A DNA stretch of 32,000 nt from Flavobacteriaceae bacterium. GTDB taxonomy: Bacteria; Bacteroidota; Bacteroidia; Flavobacteriales; Flavobacteriaceae. This document shows positions 27,028-32,000 of the stretch, one piece after another. The stretch's first letter is position 1; every line of letters begins with the position of its first letter. The notes beneath the pieces are model-generated. The model was not told the DNA's origin. It worked only from the letters and a program-made list of their open reading frames with translations, and did no database searches. The stretch is taken from assembly GCA_965224465.1 (NCBI GenBank), contig OZ245049.1:3960001-3992000 (forward strand), written 5' to 3'. The translations under genes were made by a program, and so were the position numbers.

Positions 27028-27816
27028 ATGAAGATTGTATGTTATATCCTTTTCTTTATTTTCTTTAGTTGTTCAGATTGCTATAATACTGAAGTAAAGC
27101 GTAGTGGGCTGTATGGGGATGTGGAATGTATAAAGAAAATTTCATTTCGTGTTGTTTCATCTACGGATGGACTCTCAAAGCTAGACACCTTGTCGATTAG
27201 GGATGTAGAATATGATAGTATTGGATTGTTGCGAAGGGAATATCTTAAATTTCAATTCGATAAATATTCCTATGCTGGAAATTATTTTTATAATCCTGAG
27301 GACCTTTTAATAAAGGAAATCGGAAAAATGAGCAATCAACAAAATGAAATCGTAGTAGATTATTTTTATAAAGAAGGAAAAATAGTTAGTACAAGAGGAT
27401 ATTTAAAAGAAAATAGTGGAGGTTTTGATGTAGAATCATTTCAAATAGAAAATTATTTTTATTCAAAAGAGCGACTAATTCAATGTAAGCAAGATAGCTT
27501 TTTAGTACATCTAAAAGATAATGATACTACGTATGTAAGTGGTTATACTTCTAAATTTGATCATAATAAATTAGTAATTGAGGTAGATTGGAAAGTAATA
27601 GATTCGGTATATCCAATGGGTAAATCCACATATATTAGAGATTGTAAAGGGCTTGTAGTTAAAGAGGTGTGGACTGATAAAGTTAAGGGTATTACTAAGG
27701 TTTTTAAGTATAAGTATGAGTATGATGAGACAGGGAATTGGATTGAAAGGAGAAAATTTAAAAACGATTCAATCAAAAGTATTGTTAAAAGAATAATTGA
27801 ATACAGGAAGTTTTAG
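27028..27816 (+). CDS. hypothetical lipoprotein with degenerate YD-like repeats
   Basis: The lipobox FFIFFSCSD follows MKIVCYILF, so I prefer ATG 27028 (or 27022) over the track's 26974. Repeated motifs are VEYDSIGLL, NYFYNPEDLL, DYFYKEGKIV, NYFYSKERLI and YEYDETGNWI. Confidence 0.6.
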   Translation: MKIVCYILFFIFFSCSDCYNTEVKRSGLYGDVECIKKISFRVVSSTDGLSKLDTLSIRDVEYDSIGLLRREYLKFQFDKYSYAGNYFYNPEDLLIKEIGKMSNQQNEIVVDYFYKEGKIVSTRGYLKENSGGFDVESFQIENYFYSKERLIQCKQDSFLVHLKDNDTTYVSGYTSKFDHNKLVIEVDWKVIDSVYPMGKSTYIRDCKGLVVKEVWTDKVKGITKVFKYKYEYDETGNWIERRKFKNDSIKSIVKRIIEYRKF

Positions 27817-27849
27817 CTAATAATTATCAACGTTAATTGAAGGACTTGT

Positions 27850-27923
27850 TATTTAGCTAATTGTCAAATCAAAACACAGTACTATTCCGCTTCTAAACCG
27901 GTCACTTGGAAATGTATTTGGTG
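27850..27923 (-). repeat. MITE-like repeat, copy F (truncated and degenerate, 5' half only)
   Basis: The reverse complement reads CACCAAATACATTTCCAAGTGACCGGTTTAGAAGCGGAAT..ATTAGCTA, which matches the 5' terminal inverted repeat and core of the family. No 3' module is present. Confidence 0.65.
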
Positions 27924-27966
27924 TTATTTGTTATGAGTGCTGATTTTTTTAAAAAAACAAAACTAT

Positions 27967-28818
27967 ATGAAGGGGTTAAACAAAATAATGGCTTTTATGA
28001 TGGTGTTTTTGGCAAATCAGCTATTAGCTCAAACGATCTCAAAGGTACATGGGCTAAGTCCGTTGGTAATTGGAGAAAGGATTGAAATTAGGTCTGATAT
28101 TTTAGAGGAGAATCGAATTTTAAATGTGTATCTTCCAAATGGATATTCTAGTGATACGTTAAAAAAATATCCTGTAATTTATTTATTAGATGGCTCGATG
28201 GATGAGGATTTTATTCATGTTTTAGGGATTGTTCAATTTGGCTCGTTTTCTTGGATAGACATGTTGCCAGAATCCATTGTTATTGGAATAGCCAATGTAG
28301 ATAGAAAAAGAGATTTTACGTTTCCAACGAATAATAAAAAGGATAAAGAGGATTTTCCTACCGCTGGTAAGTCGAAAAAATTCATAGATTTTATAGCAAA
28401 AGAATTGCAACCCTTTGTTAAGCACAGGTATAAAACAACTGCTGTTAGAACCTTGATAGGACAATCACTAGGAGGGCTTCTTGCGACAGAAATCTTATTT
28501 AAAAAACCAGCATTATTTGATAATTATATCATTGCCAGCCCTAGTTTGTGGTGGGACGATGGATCATTACTTAAAGAGGTTCCAGTAACGTACACGTCAA
28601 AAAAAACAATTTTTATTGCTGTAGGTAAAGAAGGCGTTATAATGGAACGAGACGCTAAAGAATTGTTTGATACGTTACAAATTGAATCAAAAGAGAATGC
28701 GAATCTATATTTTGAGTTTTTTAAAAATCAAAACCATGGAGATGTATTGCATTTAGCGGTTTATAATGCCTTTGGGAAAATTTTCAAAAAAAAACCTAAA
28801 GAATTGGAACGATGGTAG
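27967..28818 (+). CDS. secreted alpha/beta hydrolase (putative esterase family)
   Basis: The signal peptide MKGLNKIMAFMMVFLANQLLAQ starts at ATG 27967 (the track start at 27937 is GTG). It has the GQSLGG nucleophile elbow and a C-terminal NHGDV. Confidence 0.8.
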   Translation: MKGLNKIMAFMMVFLANQLLAQTISKVHGLSPLVIGERIEIRSDILEENRILNVYLPNGYSSDTLKKYPVIYLLDGSMDEDFIHVLGIVQFGSFSWIDMLPESIVIGIANVDRKRDFTFPTNNKKDKEDFPTAGKSKKFIDFIAKELQPFVKHRYKTTAVRTLIGQSLGGLLATEILFKKPALFDNYIIASPSLWWDDGSLLKEVPVTYTSKKTIFIAVGKEGVIMERDAKELFDTLQIESKENANLYFEFFKNQNHGDVLHLAVYNAFGKIFKKKPKELERW

Positions 28819-28821
28819 TGC

Positions 28822-29304
28822 TTATCGTTTTAAAAAACGCACAAAACTATAGTTAAATTTGTTCTTTTCATCTGCTTTAAAATCTTCACGACTGTCTTCT
28901 TTCCAAACATCCATATCTATAGTTGGGAAAAAAGCATCTGCTTCAAAACTATGGTGTACAAAGGTTAGGTCAAGCACATCAGCAATTTCAAGTGCTTGCT
29001 TATAGATTTGGGCACCTCCAAGAATAAATGGGTTTGAATCGTCTTTAGCTGCTGTTATAGCTTCTTGTAAAGAGTGTACAACAACACAGCCATTGGCTGT
29101 ATAATCTTTATTTCGGCTAATAATAATATTCACGCGATTTGGCAATGGTTTCCCAAGTGATTCAAATGTTTTTCTTCCCATAATCACATGGTGACCAGAG
29201 GTTACTTTTTTAAATCGTTTTAAGTCGTTAGGAATATGCCAAATAAGTTGATTGTCTTTTCCTAGGGCGTTATTCTTTGCTATGGCGGCTATAATGGTAA
29301 TCAT
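28822..29304 (-). CDS. folA: dihydrofolate reductase
   Basis: 160 aa. MITIIAAIAKNNALGKDNQLIWHIPNDLKRFKKVTSGHHVIMGRKTFESLGKPLPNR is canonical DHFR. Confidence 0.93.
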   Translation of the reverse strand: MITIIAAIAKNNALGKDNQLIWHIPNDLKRFKKVTSGHHVIMGRKTFESLGKPLPNRVNIIISRNKDYTANGCVVVHSLQEAITAAKDDSNPFILGGAQIYKQALEIADVLDLTFVHHSFEADAFFPTIDMDVWKEDSREDFKADEKNKFNYSFVRFLKR

Positions 29305-29714
29305 TCTGGAAGATTTTGTTGCGTTGGTTTTTCCTTTTTCTTAAATAAGAGAGGGTGTAGTTTACGTTCTGTTTTTATTGGATGCTCTTTGACTACTTTT
29401 TGTTCGAGTTTTGCAATTTTTAATTCTTGTTTATGGATGAGTCTTTCCGTTTGGATGCGTTCCCAATCTTTGCCCATAAATCGGTTGGTAATAAATACAT
29501 TGATAAAATGCAGTACCCAAAAGAAAAACCAAGATAATATTCCCCATACAAACCAATCCTTTGAGAAGTTTTCACCAAAGTTAAGTACTTTATCTATCAC
29601 GATTAAAAAAACAGAACCTACTAAAAATAAAATAAAATGGTAGTATAGGCGTTTTTTTTGTTTGACTCTTTTACGGGCGTTTTCGTAGAGTTCGTGCTGT
29701 TCTTTTGTGTCCAT
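29301..29714 (-). CDS. 2TM-domain membrane protein
   Basis: 137 aa with two hydrophobic helices (YYHFILFLVGSVFLIVI; WGILSWFFFWVLHFINVFI) followed by a charged coiled tail. Its stop overlaps the folA start (ATGA). Confidence 0.7.
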   Translation of the reverse strand: MDTKEQHELYENARKRVKQKKRLYYHFILFLVGSVFLIVIDKVLNFGENFSKDWFVWGILSWFFFWVLHFINVFITNRFMGKDWERIQTERLIHKQELKIAKLEQKVVKEHPIKTERKLHPLLFKKKEKPTQQNLPE

Positions 29715-29717
29715 ATT

Positions 29718-29906
29718 TTACATGTTTTTGACCCATTCCTTAATATAATCATTAAAGTTTTCCGTTTTTGTTGGGTCGTGCATCACTTCAGTTAGATGTT
29801 CTAAATTATCCTCAGATAGAATATGTTGCAAGGTATTGAGTGTTTCTAGATCGTCAATATCTATTATTTGCTGAATAATTGCTTTCTTAAGTGCTTCTTT
29901 TTTCAT
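29718..29906 (-). CDS. small acidic hypothetical protein (62 aa)
   Basis: Non-overlapping ORF whose stop lies 3 nt before the 2TM gene start. It has a plausible helical composition and no recognisable motif. Confidence 0.5.
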   Translation of the reverse strand: MKKEALKKAIIQQIIDIDDLETLNTLQHILSEDNLEHLTEVMHDPTKTENFNDYIKEWVKNM

Positions 29907-30078
29907 CCTGCTTTCTTTTGATTAAAATTACCAAAAGAAATTAACATATAAGTAGTTTATAAGTTAAAAAACGAATTGTTGTTTTGTTGTGCGTGATTTT
30001 GAGATTGCAAATTACAAGGGTTGCTACTCTTACTAGTATTCAATCTTTTTGTTGTGTAAATCTAATTTCAATAGCGGT

Positions 30079-30903
30079 TTATATGCTTACTTTTCCTTTA
30101 ATATGTGGGTGAGGTTCGTAATTTTCTAAGGTGAAATCTTCAAAAGTAAAGTCAAAAATATTTTTCACTTCTGGGTTTATCTTCATAGTAGGCAAGGGCT
30201 TTGGTGTCCTTGAAAGTTGTAGCGCTATTTGTTCTGCATGGTTATTATATATATGTGCATCACCAAAAGTATGGATAAAATCTCCATATTCTAAATCACA
30301 GACCTGTGCTACCATCATAGCAAAAAGGGCATAAGAGCTGATGTTAAACGGGACGCCTAGAAAAATATCAGCGCTGCGCTGGTATAACTGGCAAGATAGT
30401 TTTCCATTGCTCACATAAAATTGAAAAAATGCATGACAAGGTGGAAGTGCCACTTTTCCATTGGCTACATTTTCTGAGAATGAGACTTCTGTGTCTGGTA
30501 AAACGCTTGGGTTCCAAGCGGAAATTAACATACGTCTACTGTTTGGGTTTGTTTTTATGGTGTGAATGAGTTCACTTATTTGATCAATGCCTTCGCTGTT
30601 CCAATTTCTCCATTGGTGACCATATACAGGACCTAGGTCTCCGTTTTCGTCTGCCCATGCATTCCAAATATTCACCTTGTTTTCTTTGAGGTACGCAATA
30701 TTGGTGTCTCCTTTTAAGAACCATAACAGCTCGTGTATAATGGATTTTAGATGTAGTTTTTTTGTGGTTAACATCGGGAAACCATCATTTAAATCAAAGC
30801 GCATTTGATAACCGAATACACTTTTAGTTCCAGTACCTGTTCTATCTCCCTTTTCTATTCCTTTTTCGCTTACATGGCGAATTAGATCTAAGTATTGTTG
30901 CAT
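30079..30903 (-). CDS. thyA: thymidylate synthase (ThyA type)
   Basis: 274 aa with [11 protein letters not shown]...GDRTGTGT, the active-site [12 protein letters not shown] and the [12 protein letters not shown] block. Confidence 0.95.
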   Translation of the reverse strand: MQQYLDLIRHVSEKGIEKGDRTGTGTKSVFGYQMRFDLNDGFPMLTTKKLHLKSIIHELLWFLKGDTNIAYLKENKVNIWNAWADENGDLGPVYGHQWRNWNSEGIDQISELIHTIKTNPNSRRMLISAWNPSVLPDTEVSFSENVANGKVALPPCHAFFQFYVSNGKLSCQLYQRSADIFLGVPFNISSYALFAMMVAQVCDLEYGDFIHTFGDAHIYNNHAEQIALQLSRTPKPLPTMKINPEVKNIFDFTFEDFTLENYEPHPHIKGKVSI

Positions 30904-30924
30904 AGCAATGTTTTTTTATAATAA

Positions 30925-32000
30925 TTAGCCAATAATCATTCCTGCAATAGTAGCAGACAATAAAGAGGCAATAGATCCTCCTATTAAAGCTTTAATCCCA
31001 AATTCCGACAATGTTTTCCGTTGTCCTGGAGCCAAGGATCCAATACCTCCAATTTGAATTCCGATGGATGCGAAATTTGCAAATCCGCATAACATATATG
31101 TGGCCATTATTACAGATTTACTATAGGTAAAATGGGTAGCACTTGCCATATTTTTAAGTTCGGCTAATTGGATGTATCCGATAAATTCACTGGCAGCTAA
31201 TTTTATTCCTAAGAGTTGTCCCATCAGCATCATGTCTTCTTTAGCAACCCCTATTAACCACATTAATGGCGCAAAAATAGTTCCTAAAATGGCTTCTAAG
31301 GATAATTCCTGATATGGAGAATTGGACGCTATAAAATCATTTAAATGTGTAACAGATCCAATTTTCCCTAAAATCCCATTCATCATGGCGATGAAAGCAA
31401 CAAATACCAATAACATGGCGCCTACATTAACGGCTAATTTTAGCCCTTCTGTAGTTCCATTGGCGATAGCATCTAAAACATTAGAGCCTATTTTTTCTGA
31501 AGATACTTTTACATCTGTATCTATTTTTTCGGTTTGTGGGTAGAGTATTTTAGAGATTACAATGGCTCCTGGTGCTGCCATTACAGAGGCTGCTAATAGG
31601 TGTTTGGCAAATTTTAATCGCAATACGGGGTCGTTTCCTCCTAGAAAGCCAATATATGCAGCCAATACAGCTCCAGCTACTGTAGCCATTCCTCCAATCA
31701 TTACCAATAGCATTTCAGATTTTGTCAAACGTTCTAAGTAGGCTTTTATCAATAGAGGTGCTTCGGTTTGACCTAGGAATATATTTCCTGCAACGGACAA
31801 GCTTTCTGCTCCTGAAATATGAAGTATTTTAGAAAGTAACATTGCCATTAATTTCACTAAATATTGAATAATTCCGAGATAAAATAGTAGCGAGGTAAGG
31901 GCAGAGAAAAAGATAATGGTAGGCAATACTTGGAAAGCAAATATAAAACCATAAGATTCTATATTCATCATACCTCCAAATAAAAATTCACTTCCCGCTC
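30925..32000 (-). CDS. nupC: NupC/concentrative nucleoside transporter, C-terminal ~358 codons (CDS continues past the right window edge)
   Basis: GFIFAFQVLPTIIFFSAL, GQTEAPLLIKAYL and GFANFASIGIQIGG are NupC-family blocks. The frame stays open upstream of the track's Met (..AGSEFLFGGMMN) to position 32000. The stop lies 21 bp before thyA. Confidence 0.88.
   Translation of the reverse strand, partial: AGSEFLFGGMMNIESYGFIFAFQVLPTIIFFSALTSLLFYLGIIQYLVKLMAMLLSKILHISGAESLSVAGNIFLGQTEAPLLIKAYLERLTKSEMLLVMIGGMATVAGAVLAAYIGFLGGNDPVLRLKFAKHLLAASVMAAPGAIVISKILYPQTEKIDTDVKVSSEKIGSNVLDAIANGTTEGLKLAVNVGAMLLVFVAFIAMMNGILGKIGSVTHLNDFIASNSPYQELSLEAILGTIFAPLMWLIGVAKEDMMLMGQLLGIKLAASEFIGYIQLAELKNMASATHFTYSKSVIMATYMLCGFANFASIGIQIGGIGSLAPGQRKTLSEFGIKALIGGSIASLLSATIAGMIIG

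Noticed and set aside
28819-28821. Only 3 bp separate the convergent stops of the esterase gene and folA, with no terminator between them.
   Set aside because: This is real in the sequence, but tight convergent packing is common. Without transcript data nothing further can be claimed.
12-31543. The many 60-120-aa ORFs in the track that lie antisense to or out of frame within larger genes. They are 12-194, 3639-3884, 5413-5686, 6830-7012, 14748-15306, 17399-18033, 18265-18477, 18774-19949, 21208-21405, 22490-22720, 24349-24714, 25059-25253, 26166-26396, 26508-26744, 27561-27776, 28222-28464, 29389-29643, 30131-30334 and 31322-31543.
   Set aside because: Each is fully or mostly embedded in a longer ORF with clear family motifs. 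Such shadow ORFs are expected in AT-rich DNA, and none shows a recognisable motif.

Overview
This is a low-GC chromosomal segment that looks like core genome of a Flavobacteriia (Bacteroidota) organism. The supporting signs are gldB-gldC gliding genes, a GLPGLI-family gene, TAnnTTTG-type -7 boxes and no Shine-Dalgarno sequences. Almost all of it is housekeeping. On the - strand: nadK (partial), a CBS-domain gene, a secreted GH2 beta-galactosidase, a DEAD-box helicase, an M1 aminopeptidase, nadE, a folK-deoxynucleoside kinase fusion, and nupC(partial)-thyA-orf62-2TM-folA. On the + strand: pdxJ, an alpha/beta hydrolase, a holin-4-like membrane protein, tig, a GLPGLI protein plus an outer-membrane beta-barrel gene, clpP-clpX, dnaG, gldB-gldC, sppA, two hypothetical exported proteins and an esterase. 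I saw no rRNA, tRNA, CRISPR array, transposase, prophage or recognisable defence or toxin system. The most unusual content is non-coding. A family of ~160-bp MITE-like elements with 11-bp terminal inverted repeats occurs six times in 32 kb, in long, short and truncated forms, always at gene ends. Other points worth a look: tig is separated from clpP-clpX by ~11.7 kb punctuated by these repeats; an AT-rich GLPGLI/OMP cassette of unknown function; a ~71-bp tandem duplication carrying four copies of an 11-mer; an HPPK-dNK gene fusion; a G9 tract inside sppA; and a (GMNR)n tail on a secreted protein. All functional calls rest on motif recognition by eye; no database search was possible.
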